Shown: in pieces, positions 40,225 to 49,612 of the stretch
Numbering within the stretch: the stretch's first letter is position 1
Layout of the letters: each line of letters begins with the position of its first letter
Source of the DNA: Candidatus Latescibacterota bacterium
Lineage (GTDB): Bacteria > Latescibacterota > UBA2968
DNA: 64,000 bases
Assembly (NCBI GenBank): GCA_965222605.1
Contig: OZ244960.1
Location: 2,432,001 to 2,496,000 of the forward strand
Direction of reading: 5' to 3'
Notes under the pieces: generated by a model
What the model was told of the DNA's origin: nothing
Seen by the model: only the letters and a program-made list of their open reading frames with translations
Database searches by the model: none
Translations under genes and position numbers: made by a program

Positions 40225-41682
40225 TCACCCCGACCTGATCTCTCGCAACCGATCCGCCATTCGCTCGGCAACATCGGGATGGATCGACGCCACATTCTCA
40301 ATCTGCCCGATATCGTCCGCAAGATAATAGAGTTGCGGAATTGGGGAATTACCAGTCTCAATATTCACATTGGTATTCACAGGCGGACCCTCGTGGGGCG
40401 GAATAAACACCCAATCTCCCTGCCGCAAAACGGTCTTTGCCTGAATACCCTCCAGAACAATCTCCGCGCGGCCCTCATCGCCTTGCCCCAGCAGAGCATC
40501 GAGAACATCCACGCTATCGGGACCCGCATCGGCATCCGGCGACACACCCGCAAGTACAGCAAAAGACGCGAGAAAATCGACCTGACTGACCAGCGCATCA
40601 GACTCCCCGGGATCCACGGCACCGGGCCAGGAAACAATAAAAGGCACGCGGGTACCCCCGTCGTACATACTGTATTTTCCCCCGCGCAACGGACCTGCTG
40701 GCCGGTGATCGCCACACAGCTCAACTGCCTCGTCGTAATAACCATCATTCAGCACTGGACCATTATCGCTGGAAAAAACCACAATAGTATCTTCCCTTAA
40801 TCCACACCGATCAAGCGCATCGAGCATCTCGCCAACACACCAATCCATCTCGGCAATCGCATCGCCGCGCGGCCCCAATCCAGTACTACCCACAAATCGG
40901 GGATGCGGCAACCGCGGAACGTGAGGCTGGTGAAAAGCGCAATACAGAAAAAAGGGATTATCTTTGTTTCTTTCGACAAATGATATGGCTTTTTCCAAAA
41001 ACACATCAGCCATATCTTCATCTACCCAAAGTGCTGCCTCGCCCCCTCTCATATACCCGATTCGACTCACGCCATTGACAATACTCATATCGTGCCCGTG
41101 GTGGAACTTCATCTTCAGCAACTCGGGATTGTCTTTCCCGGTCGGCAAGCCGGGAAACGGCTTATTTTTATTGTACTCGACCTCAATCGGATCAGACGGA
41201 TCGAGACCCACCACATCTCTGCCATCCAGATACACACATGGCACGCGATCATTGGTCGCAGCCATGATATAAGAATAGTCAAACCCAATATCCAGAGGTA
41301 TTAGCGGAAGAGGCGCATTCCAATTCTGATTCCCCTCACCAATACCCAGATGCCATTTGCCAACAACACCCGTTTTATAACCCGCCTGCTTGAGCACGGA
41401 AGGCAACGTAGAAGTATCGGGATCTATAATAAGCGGAGCATCACCGGGTAAAATATGCGCGCGTTCATTGCGCCAGGAATAAGACCCCGTAAGCAGGCTA
41501 TAGCGCGAAGGAGTACACGTCGCTGCCGTGGCATACCCGTGGTAAAATACGACACCCTCAGAAGCCAAACGGTCAATATTGGGCGTATCGAGTACTGTGG
41601 CACCGTAACAGCCAACATCTCCAAAACCGAGATCATCCGCATACATGACAACAATATTGGGATGCTTTGCCGAATCTGCCAT
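40225..41682 (-). CDS. Arylsulfatase-family (Cys-type) sulfatase
   Basis: ADDLG, CTPSRYSLLTG, GKWHLG, SSDNG. Confidence 0.93.
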   Translation of the reverse strand: MADSAKHPNIVVMYADDLGFGDVGCYGATVLDTPNIDRLASEGVVFYHGYATAATCTPSRYSLLTGSYSWRNERAHILPGDAPLIIDPDTSTLPSVLKQAGYKTGVVGKWHLGIGEGNQNWNAPLPLIPLDIGFDYSYIMAATNDRVPCVYLDGRDVVGLDPSDPIEVEYNKNKPFPGLPTGKDNPELLKMKFHHGHDMSIVNGVSRIGYMRGGEAALWVDEDMADVFLEKAISFVERNKDNPFFLYCAFHQPHVPRLPHPRFVGSTGLGPRGDAIAEMDWCVGEMLDALDRCGLREDTIVVFSSDNGPVLNDGYYDEAVELCGDHRPAGPLRGGKYSMYDGGTRVPFIVSWPGAVDPGESDALVSQVDFLASFAVLAGVSPDADAGPDSVDVLDALLGQGDEGRAEIVLEGIQAKTVLRQGDWVFIPPHEGPPVNTNVNIETGNSPIPQLYYLADDIGQIENVASIHPDVAERMADRLREIRSG

Positions 41683-41842
41683 ATTTTGTTCTATCCTTTC
41701 TCATGTATGGTAATGAACTACTGGCGCAATTGTACCTCGTTGCGTACATTATTCACTCCGCTGCATAGTTCGCAATATAGGCTGTTATCCAAACCGCAAG
41801 CAAGCGGAAATACTTGCCACACTCATTGTGCAAGGAGAATAC

Positions 41843-42622
41843 ATGATTACTCGATTGACGATTCTTGCGTTATTGTTGACCCTAACGGCCCCAAAAGCCA
41901 TGGCGGAAACCAATCCCCCGGCCGAAGGATTTAATCAGTCAGGCTCAGATGCAAAAGCTATTGAAATTGCCGATGCCGTAATGGAAAAAATGGGCGGATG
42001 GGAAAATTGGAATCAGACCCGTTACATCACATGGCGTTTTTTTGGACGGCGCATGCATGTATGGGACAAATGGACGGGCAACCTGCGGCATGAAGATGGG
42101 AATATGCTCATCTTAATGAACATAAACACCAAAAAAGGCCGCGTGTGGTTTGATGGAACAGAAGCAACAAACGCCGACTCCGTAAAAAAATATGTAAATC
42201 AGGGTTACAGGCGATGGATCAACGACTCTTACTGGCTGGTCATGCCCTATAAATTGAAAGACACGGGCGTCACCTTAAAATACAGCGGCGAAGACAAAAC
42301 CCAGGATGACCGCCCCGCCCATAAATTGACACTCACCTTTCAAGACGTCGGCGTCAGTCCGCAAAACAAATACAATATATGGGTAGATAAAGAGCACAAT
42401 CTGGTAACAGAATGGGCTTTTTATCGCAAAGCATCGGACGCAGAATCGCGATTCCGCAACCCGTGGACAAATTGGACAAAACACGGCAATATCCTGATCT
42501 CCGACGGACGCGGCAGAGGCGGACGCAAGCATTCCGATATTGCCGTCTTTGATGCGTTACCCGCTTCGGTATTTGAAAGCCCCGACCCCGTAGACATGAT
42601 GGCTCTAAAAGGATCGATGTAG
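41843..42622 (+). CDS. Conserved-looking secreted hypothetical protein
   Basis: AAGGAG RBS, signal peptide, WINDSYWLVMPYKLKD motif. Confidence 0.75.
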   Translation: MITRLTILALLLTLTAPKAMAETNPPAEGFNQSGSDAKAIEIADAVMEKMGGWENWNQTRYITWRFFGRRMHVWDKWTGNLRHEDGNMLILMNINTKKGRVWFDGTEATNADSVKKYVNQGYRRWINDSYWLVMPYKLKDTGVTLKYSGEDKTQDDRPAHKLTLTFQDVGVSPQNKYNIWVDKEHNLVTEWAFYRKASDAESRFRNPWTNWTKHGNILISDGRGRGGRKHSDIAVFDALPASVFESPDPVDMMALKGSM

Positions 42623-42624
42623 AT

Positions 42625-43068
42625 CTATCCCGCGAGGATACGCTTCAGCGAATCAAAACCGCCTTGAAAAACGCCATTGCCGACAAAATCGACGAGATCA
42701 TCTTCCTCATCTGCCGGACAGCCAAATTCTGCAGTCCACTGAATATATGTCCGATTGCCATCTGTAACAGGCGTCAAACTCAACGTTGCCACATAATCTT
42801 CAACCGGCATAGGCGATTCGAGAATAGAATACGTACACGTAAATGTGACATCGCTCAACGTCAGCAATTGTTCGCGAATATTGCCGCCATCTTTCAAATT
42901 AAAATTGCGAATACAGCCCACGCTATCGCTGGATTCACCACCTTCAATATGGCTATCTGCAATCGCGGGATGCCATTCGGGCAGCGCATTAAAATCGCGA
43001 ATTTTTTCCCACACATCATCTACTGATGCGTCGAGAACAGAACTGACAAATACACTGGCCTTGGCCAT
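42625..43068 (-). CDS. SRPBCC (polyketide cyclase/MxaD-like) protein
   Basis: VWEKIRDFNALPEWHP, IREQL, YSIL. Confidence 0.85.
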   Translation of the reverse strand: MAKASVFVSSVLDASVDDVWEKIRDFNALPEWHPAIADSHIEGGESSDSVGCIRNFNLKDGGNIREQLLTLSDVTFTCTYSILESPMPVEDYVATLSLTPVTDGNRTYIQWTAEFGCPADEEDDLVDFVGNGVFQGGFDSLKRILAG

Positions 43069-43215
43069 CTCATCCTCCTCGTTTTATTGTTTCAATTTTT
43101 TTCGTAAAGATTGGCACGCAATATACAAAAAAATCCAGGACAATCACAGCGAGGAAGACAAGGGTCTATCATCAAATGTAGGGCAAACCAATAATTAATA
43201 ACGGGAGGTTATAGC

Positions 43216-44265
43216 ATGCAGCTATTAAAAGAATTGTGTGAATGTTCAGGAGTACCTGGGCGCGAAGAGCGGTTGCGCGAAATAGTGCGGCGAGAGTTGG
43301 AACCCATCGCAGATGAACTTCGCGTGGATGGGATGGGCAATTTAATTATCAAAAAGAACGCAAGTGTGGGAGAAAATCCAAAAAAACTAATGCTGGCCGC
43401 GCACATGGACGAGATAGGTTTTGTCGTATCCCATATCGACAAAAAGGGCCTCTTGCGTCTCGTACCTCTGGGCGGGCATGATCCCCGCAACATGGTCGCA
43501 CAACGCGTAACCGTCGCCGGCACCCAAAAAGATTACACGGGCCTGCTCTACCCCGGAGTAAAACCGCCGCATATACAGACAGAAGCCGATCGCAACAAAA
43601 AACTGGACGTCAGCGATTTTGTCGTAGATCTCTATATGTCAGCCGATGAAGTCAAAGAAGAAATCGAAATCGGTGCAATGGTCACACTACAACGCGATTT
43701 CGCCGAAATTGGCGATGGCGTGAGTTGTAAAGCGATGGACAATCGGCTGGCCGTCTATGTGATGATTGAAGCGGTGAAACGGGCCGAATCTTATGCCTTT
43801 GAAACATATCCCGTAGCCACAGTACAGGAAGAAATTGGACTGCGAGGAGCAACGGCGAGTGCTTTTGGCGTAAATCCAGATGTAGGCGTGGCACTGGACA
43901 TCACACTGGCAGCCGACATACCGGGGATCCCCGAATATGAACAGGTAACGCGCCTGGGAGATGGCGCTGCGATAAAAATTCAGGATTCCAGTTCGATTTC
44001 ACACCCGGGATTGGTGGCGCACATGAAAACCCTGGCACAAGAGCGCGATATCAAATACCAGATGGAAATCTTGCCCCGGGGCGGCACAGACGCAGGCGGA
44101 ATACAGCGGATTCGGGCCGGCGTACCCGTAATCACCCTGTCCATTCCCACGCGCTACGTACACACATCAATCGAATTGGCGGACAAAGGCGATATTGAAG
44201 CCACCATTCAACTATTGGCCGCCTTTCTCGAAGAAGGCCACCGCACGGATTGGGATATGGTGTGA
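43216..44265 (+). CDS. M42-family aminopeptidase
   Basis: AAHMDEIG, KAMDNR, VQEEIGLRGA, GGTDAG, RYVHT. Confidence 0.93.
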   Translation: MQLLKELCECSGVPGREERLREIVRRELEPIADELRVDGMGNLIIKKNASVGENPKKLMLAAHMDEIGFVVSHIDKKGLLRLVPLGGHDPRNMVAQRVTVAGTQKDYTGLLYPGVKPPHIQTEADRNKKLDVSDFVVDLYMSADEVKEEIEIGAMVTLQRDFAEIGDGVSCKAMDNRLAVYVMIEAVKRAESYAFETYPVATVQEEIGLRGATASAFGVNPDVGVALDITLAADIPGIPEYEQVTRLGDGAAIKIQDSSSISHPGLVAHMKTLAQERDIKYQMEILPRGGTDAGGIQRIRAGVPVITLSIPTRYVHTSIELADKGDIEATIQLLAAFLEEGHRTDWDMV

Positions 44266-44269
44266 TGGA

Positions 44270-45220
44270 TTACCGCGTCTGCTCTTCATGAAAGAGAAAT
44301 GACAGCAGTGTAAAACGGCGGCCCTGGGTCACGGGCTGGACTTCGTGGAGAAAAGAACTGGAAAACGCGATTGCATCACCCGCGAGAGGGCGATAGCGAT
44401 GGGGACCAAACTCGGGAAAAATCAGATGCCCACCTGTATAATCGTCATTGAGATTGAGCGTGAGCGCAAAGCGGCGGTGAGCAGTTGAAGGACTGAGATT
44501 ATCGCGGTGGGCGCGAAAAAAACCGCCACTTTCCGAGTCATAACACGCGATCTTAAAACCCTCGAATCGCGTCGCCCTGTAGTGGAAAGCGCGTTGTACT
44601 TCGGGCATAATCCGGCGCCCCACTGTGGAAGTAAGCAATCGCAAAAGTTGGGCATCGGTGACCTCGTGGTCTCGCCGCTTTTTCCTCTCGTAGTCAATAA
44701 CATCGCGCCGTACGCCAGACATAGAGCTTTCAACACCGGTCTCTGTATTGCCCTTTGTCGCCCATACATTGATGAGTGCCTGACAGATATCCGGGGTCAA
44801 AACATTGGGAATGAGGAGCACGGGAGCCTGGACATCGATATCAAGAGCCGGGTGAGAAGGCTGGCTCTTAAGCGCGCGATAAATCTGATCAAAGGCATTC
44901 GGATCCTGAATCCCCGACAAAACGCGCAAATTGGCGTCCAATGCAAACGCGGCAAAATCTCCCTCGAGACCATAGGCTTTGCCAACCGCGTTTTCACTGT
45001 CGATAAACACAGTAGCATTGGCCTCCAAGAGTTCCGATGCGCCAATAATAAAAACATCTACCTCTTCCGAAATCTCCAAATTTTCTAACCCCTGTTCTTC
45101 TCCGGTAAAAACCAAAAGTGTTGGGCGACCGCCTGCGCGGGAATAAAAGCGCGTTTGAGGACCGTCTATTGTCGGAAGAACAAAGTCGGGGGCGCGTTCG
45201 CCCCGGTTCAGGATACTCAT
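44270..45220 (-). CDS. Redoxin-like domain fused to 2OG-Fe(II) oxygenase
   Basis: GERAPDFVLP N-terminus; HRDN...HEV...RFTL oxygenase motif. Confidence 0.82.
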   Translation of the reverse strand: MSILNRGERAPDFVLPTIDGPQTRFYSRAGGRPTLLVFTGEEQGLENLEISEEVDVFIIGASELLEANATVFIDSENAVGKAYGLEGDFAAFALDANLRVLSGIQDPNAFDQIYRALKSQPSHPALDIDVQAPVLLIPNVLTPDICQALINVWATKGNTETGVESSMSGVRRDVIDYERKKRRDHEVTDAQLLRLLTSTVGRRIMPEVQRAFHYRATRFEGFKIACYDSESGGFFRAHRDNLSPSTAHRRFALTLNLNDDYTGGHLIFPEFGPHRYRPLAGDAIAFSSSFLHEVQPVTQGRRFTLLSFLFHEEQTR

Positions 45221-45242
45221 AGTGAGCCTCTTAGCATTTAAT

Positions 45243-46169
45243 ATGAATCATCATCCACATTGCTTTTATCTATTTCTTTTCTTCCTCGGATGTCTCGCTC
45301 CCGATCTCGGACAGAACATACCCATCCAATCCGCATTCAACCCTCAACAACAAGTACCCCAGACCCGCGCCCCCCTCAAAATCGACCCCACCATTCTCCA
45401 GAACCGCACCTTTAACGAAGCCCCCATGTTCTCTGAACAGGTCAAACGAGGCAAACTCCCACCCGTCTCTGAACGACTTCCCGAAAATCCCCTCGTCATT
45501 GTTCCCATTGAAGAAATCGGGACCTACGGCGGCACACTCAGCCGCGCCCTCGTCGCCGCACCAAAACACATCCTGTCTTCCCTGCACCCCAAATACAATC
45601 CCAAAACCGATTACAACGCCTTTCGCGAGGCCACGACCAACGCGCAGTTGCTCATGCAGCCCGGCATTCCCCGCATCTCTGCCTGGATCCCCGTCGAATG
45701 GATTCGAGGTCAGCGCATTATCTATGAACGCAATCCCTATTACTGGAAAATAGATACAGCGGGCAATCAGCTTCCTTATGCCGACCGCATCATTTTCAAC
45801 GTCATCCAGGACCCTCAGGTAATCCTGCTAAAATTCATCAACGGCGAACTCGACCTGATCGGGCGTTATACGCGCATCGATATGTTCCCCACCCTAAAAG
45901 TAAAAGAGAAAAACGGGAAATTCAATCTCCGAATCACCGGACCCAACAGAGGTCCGGCCTACCACCTCAACTGGGACGCGCCCAGACCCGCCTTGCGAGA
46001 AGCTTTTCGCAACAAAAACGTCCCCATCATCACCATTGGTTCTGCGTACCACGTTTGGGGTGCCAGCAGTCGCCTGGGCAATATCCCGTATGAAAACGTG
46101 GCCGACAACGCCTTTCTGGGCTGGAGTCGGCCGGTGTTTCACGAGCAGATATTTGTGAAAAGCTATTAA
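45243..46169 (+). pseudogene. Family 5 (peptide/nickel) ABC solute-binding protein with internal deletions
   Basis: LPPVSERLPENP..GTYGG, ERNPYYWKID..GNQLPY and the C-terminal segment are present, but the ORF is only about 310 aa. Confidence 0.65.
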
Positions 46170-46987
46170 AAAAAGGACCTCAAGAAATTTGCTGACCGGA
46201 TAGCGGCTTCATCGGGTGGCAGGTCCCCGCCAAAGGCGTGATGTAGCGTTACATAACCGCGGTAATTGATGCTGTGCAACCCATCAAAAACTTTTTGAAA
46301 ATCTATGCCGCCAGATTCATCGAGCGGTCGCAAAGTGGAATAAACCCTGCCGCGCACCCAGGTGGTCATAGGCATATCGCCATCCGGGTCTGGGACGTGA
46401 TTTTGAAGATAGACATTAAAAAGATAGGGTGCATAGCGTTTGAGGGTATCGGAACCGTAGTTTTCACCGCACAAAGCCAAATTGGCCGGTTCGTAAATAA
46501 TGCCAAAATTCGGCCGATCAATGCTCTGAAGTGTCTCGATCGATCCCGCAACAGTTTCAAAGAGGCTCTGAGTGTGTGATTGATGTGCCAGGCGTATATC
46601 TCGCTCGGCTGCTTCGTCGGCTGCGCGCTGGGCGTGCGCGATATCTGCATTGATCTTGATACAGACGCGCAGTAAATTGCAGCCAAGCGCGTCAGCCAGA
46701 TCGAGGTGCGGGGTAATATTGCGCAAGCTCTCCGGTCCATTGGAGCCATTCTCGGGTATAGCAAAATCGCCGGTTGCCATAGAAACGGCGAGATTGTGTT
46801 TTTTCAAAATATGTTGCACCTCAATAACGCGTTCGGGCGGGCTGTGCGTACCCACGCCCGATGCACGCATGCAAAGTGCTTTATAACCCGCATTTTGGGC
46901 AATCTCCGCGAGTTCGGGGAGGGCAATTGTCAAATTGCGTTTATTGCGAAAGCTTTCGGCCACGCGAACAGAGAGAGAAAGTTGCAT
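46166..46987 (-). CDS. Sugar phosphate isomerase/epimerase (AP endonuclease 2 TIM barrel)
   Basis: IDRPNFGIIYEPAN, GGIDF...YRGYVT. Confidence 0.75.
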   Translation of the reverse strand: MQLSLSVRVAESFRNKRNLTIALPELAEIAQNAGYKALCMRASGVGTHSPPERVIEVQHILKKHNLAVSMATGDFAIPENGSNGPESLRNITPHLDLADALGCNLLRVCIKINADIAHAQRAADEAAERDIRLAHQSHTQSLFETVAGSIETLQSIDRPNFGIIYEPANLALCGENYGSDTLKRYAPYLFNVYLQNHVPDPDGDMPMTTWVRGRVYSTLRPLDESGGIDFQKVFDGLHSINYRGYVTLHHAFGGDLPPDEAAIRSANFLRSFF

Positions 46988-47101
46988 TGCGATCTCCAAA
47001 CAAGTACGAGGTGAAAATTTCAACTTGCATCAGGTGAATTTTTAACTATTCTTACCCTTACCATATATTTTTCCTTGCCACTGCGATGGAAGGTGGATGT
47101 C

Positions 47102-47755
47102 ATGATCGAAATGCGGGTTGTGGATTTACGTCAAGATCATTCGAAACAGAACGTGGTATGGCTGCAAAGTGTTGAAGGTAGTGTGATGGTACCCATTGAA
47201 ATTGGCCAAATCGAATATCGATCTATCCGCGCAGAACTGGCAGGTGAATCTATGCCGCGACCTCTTGCGTACGATTTGATGTGTACAGTATTGGCACATT
47301 TTGATGCCGAAGTTGAACAGGTACAGATTGTCGATCTGAAAGATCAGATTTTTTATGCCGAACTTATCCTCTTTGCTCGGGGTGAACAAGTGCGTTTAGA
47401 TGCCCGCCCCAGTGATAGCATCGTGCTGGCACTCAAATTTGACGCACCTATTTATATGGATGCCAAAATCATTCAGCAAGTAGGATTCAAAGTCCTCCGC
47501 ACCGAATATGGTTATGAACTTAAGCAATTAAATCCACCCCAGGAACCCGATGTTTCCGAAGAACCTGTTTTGAACATCGCGCAGGCAGCCGAGCGACCAC
47601 TGGAAGGTATTGATTCGCGGGGACAAGATATCGATCCAGATGAATTGCTGGAAATTTTGAAAGAGCAGATGAATAAAGCGGTTAAGGAAGAGCGGTACGA
47701 AGATGCGGGAATGATTCGAGATGAGATCGAGCGGATAGAGGCTAAAAGCAGGTAA
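47102..47755 (+). CDS. Bifunctional nuclease (DUF151) with C-terminal UVR domain
   Basis: PIEIG, RPLAYDL, DARPSDSI, EERYEDAGMIRDEI. Confidence 0.87.
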   Translation: MIEMRVVDLRQDHSKQNVVWLQSVEGSVMVPIEIGQIEYRSIRAELAGESMPRPLAYDLMCTVLAHFDAEVEQVQIVDLKDQIFYAELILFARGEQVRLDARPSDSIVLALKFDAPIYMDAKIIQQVGFKVLRTEYGYELKQLNPPQEPDVSEEPVLNIAQAAERPLEGIDSRGQDIDPDELLEILKEQMNKAVKEERYEDAGMIRDEIERIEAKSR

Positions 47756-47812
47756 GAGGAAAGACGTAAAACGTGAGACGAAGCACCCCCTCTTACGTCT
47801 TACCTTTTACCG
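47752..47812. repeat. Inverted heptamer arrays between convergent genes (possible bidirectional terminator)
   Basis: GTAAGAG/GAAAGAC/GTAAAAC/GTGAGAC facing CTCTTAC/GTCTTAC/CTTTTAC. Confidence 0.6.
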
Positions 47813-48107
47813 CCTTTAAGCGGGTTGCAACACAGTGCTGTGCGCTTCGACATGGCCGATATTTTCATCGATTTCGCGGCGGTTCATCATCCCAACAGTA
47901 ATAGCGTCAATAGCCGGGATATCGAGAACATAGTGGATAGCATCGCGTGCGGGCAGGTCGCCTCGGCCCACGACTTTCATCCCGTAAACACCAATATCGT
48001 TGGCCTCCATTTCTTCCAGAATGGGAACGACGCGTTCGGGGGGACCATCCATATTTTTGCCAGCGTAGTTGATACGCGCCAAAACAACATCCACCCATGG
48101 GCTAATA

Positions 48108-49008
48108 ACCTTTGGTGCTAGTAGATAAGAAGTTGTAAGTCGCCAGAAGTTTACCTATGCTGAATGAGTTAGCACCTCATTCATTCACAGCAGGGAGGTA
48201 AACTTCATGACGACTGAAATGCTGATCATTGACCTGTTCTGTCGGGTAGATGATCAAACGCAAGACCTTGAGAAACATCCTCAAGCCAAGCTCTATCCCA
48301 GCGAAGTCATCACGTTGGCCTTGCTTTTTGCGATTAAAGGGGTGGGCAATCGCGCCTATTATGATTGGCTGATAAACGATTGGCAGCACCTGTTTCCTAA
48401 CTTACCTCATCGCACGCGCTTGTTTCGCCTCTTTTTAAGGCATCAACACGCCACAAGCCGATTTTTAGCCGAAAAGAGCGTGTTGGGCATCATTGATAGC
48501 TATGGCATTGAGTTGATTCATCCGATCCGAGAAGGCAGAAGTCCTGCTCAGATCGGGAAGAAAGGCAAATCGAATTATCGCTGGATTGTCGGTGGCAAGC
48601 TCTGTCTGTTGATCAATCAATGGGGTCTCATCGTGGATTGGGACTGTCAGACAGCTAATGTTCACGATACCACCTTCCACCATCTCATCAAGCAGGTGCA
48701 ATCAGACATGGTCGTCTTTGCCGATGTCGGCTTTCAAAAAGCGCAAGACAACCCAGAAAACTTAAAAATCTGTCCGCGTGGCACTTGGAATGAGCGCATG
48801 GTGGTTGAAACCATCTTATCTATGATGACGCTCGTGTGGCATTTTAAGAAAGTCATGCATCGGGTCTGGAGCTATTTTGCAATGCGATTGGCTTTTACCA
48901 TGGCCGCCTTCAATATCTTGGTACAATGGCAGGGCTTTAAACCCGATGAAGATGGGTTCATTAACCTTGCCATCGCACACTTCAGAATATAACACTAGCA
49001 CCAAAGGT
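48108..49008 (+). mobile_element. IS982-family insertion sequence
   Basis: IRs ACCTTTGGTGCTAGT / ACTAGCACCAAAGGT; TAATA duplicated at 48103-48107 and 49009-49013. Confidence 0.9.
48207..48992 (+). CDS. DDE transposase (IS982-like)
   Basis: SEVITL, IIDS, NVHD, FADVGF, RMVVET motifs, within the IRs. Confidence 0.87.
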   Translation: MTTEMLIIDLFCRVDDQTQDLEKHPQAKLYPSEVITLALLFAIKGVGNRAYYDWLINDWQHLFPNLPHRTRLFRLFLRHQHATSRFLAEKSVLGIIDSYGIELIHPIREGRSPAQIGKKGKSNYRWIVGGKLCLLINQWGLIVDWDCQTANVHDTTFHHLIKQVQSDMVVFADVGFQKAQDNPENLKICPRGTWNERMVVETILSMMTLVWHFKKVMHRVWSYFAMRLAFTMAAFNILVQWQGFKPDEDGFINLAIAHFRI

Positions 49009-49612
49009 TAATAGCTGCTTGCTCGAAGGCATCAATATCGTGACAGGAAACACCGTGTGCGCGAATGATGCCTTTTTGCTTTTTACGGGCGAGGATATCC
49101 ATAACGCCTCGATAGGAGATGGGCCAGTTCACATCTGTCAGGCAGTGCATGAGAACGATATCGATATAATCCGTATTTAGTTCGCTCAAAATGCGGTCCA
49201 TATCGCGCTCCGCCTCATAGGCTGTTGTCGCGCGAATTTTGGATGTAATGACAACCCGGTCGCGATCGATGTGCTCCAACGCGCCTGCAAGATGGGCATG
49301 ACTGCCGTATTGATCGGCACTATCCCAAAATGTAATGCCTCGCTCAAAGCCATAGATGAGCAAGTCAGTGAGCGCGCGCGTCCCCAGATCCGTCTGGTTG
49401 GAACGCCTACCCCAGCCATTAGTGCCAGTACCAAAACTGAGTTGAGAGACCAATATGCCAGTGGTGCCAAGTTCGACGGTTTTCACGGTGAACTCCTTTC
49501 CTGTCTTCCGAGTTTTTTGTTATATTGTTTGTATATTAAAGCACAGTTGTGTATTCGTCAATGGATTTTGGGCCCTCTCCTCTGAGGGGGAAAGAGAAGG
49601 AATATTGCTGCG

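Larger units (their letters stand above)
47816..49486 (-). pseudogene. Aldo/keto reductase interrupted by an IS
   Basis: Removing the IS and one TAATA restores ...FEQAAISPWVDVV... in frame (765 bp); WDSADQYG and ITSK motifs. Confidence 0.92.

Noticed and set aside
43111-43126. Possible sigma-54 promoter TTGGCACGCAATATAC before the M42 peptidase
   Set aside because: The -24 element is good but the -12 position is AC, not GC.
48177-48389. Small antisense ORFs inside the IS as cargo genes
   Set aside because: They overlap the transposase almost entirely, with no RBS or motif support.
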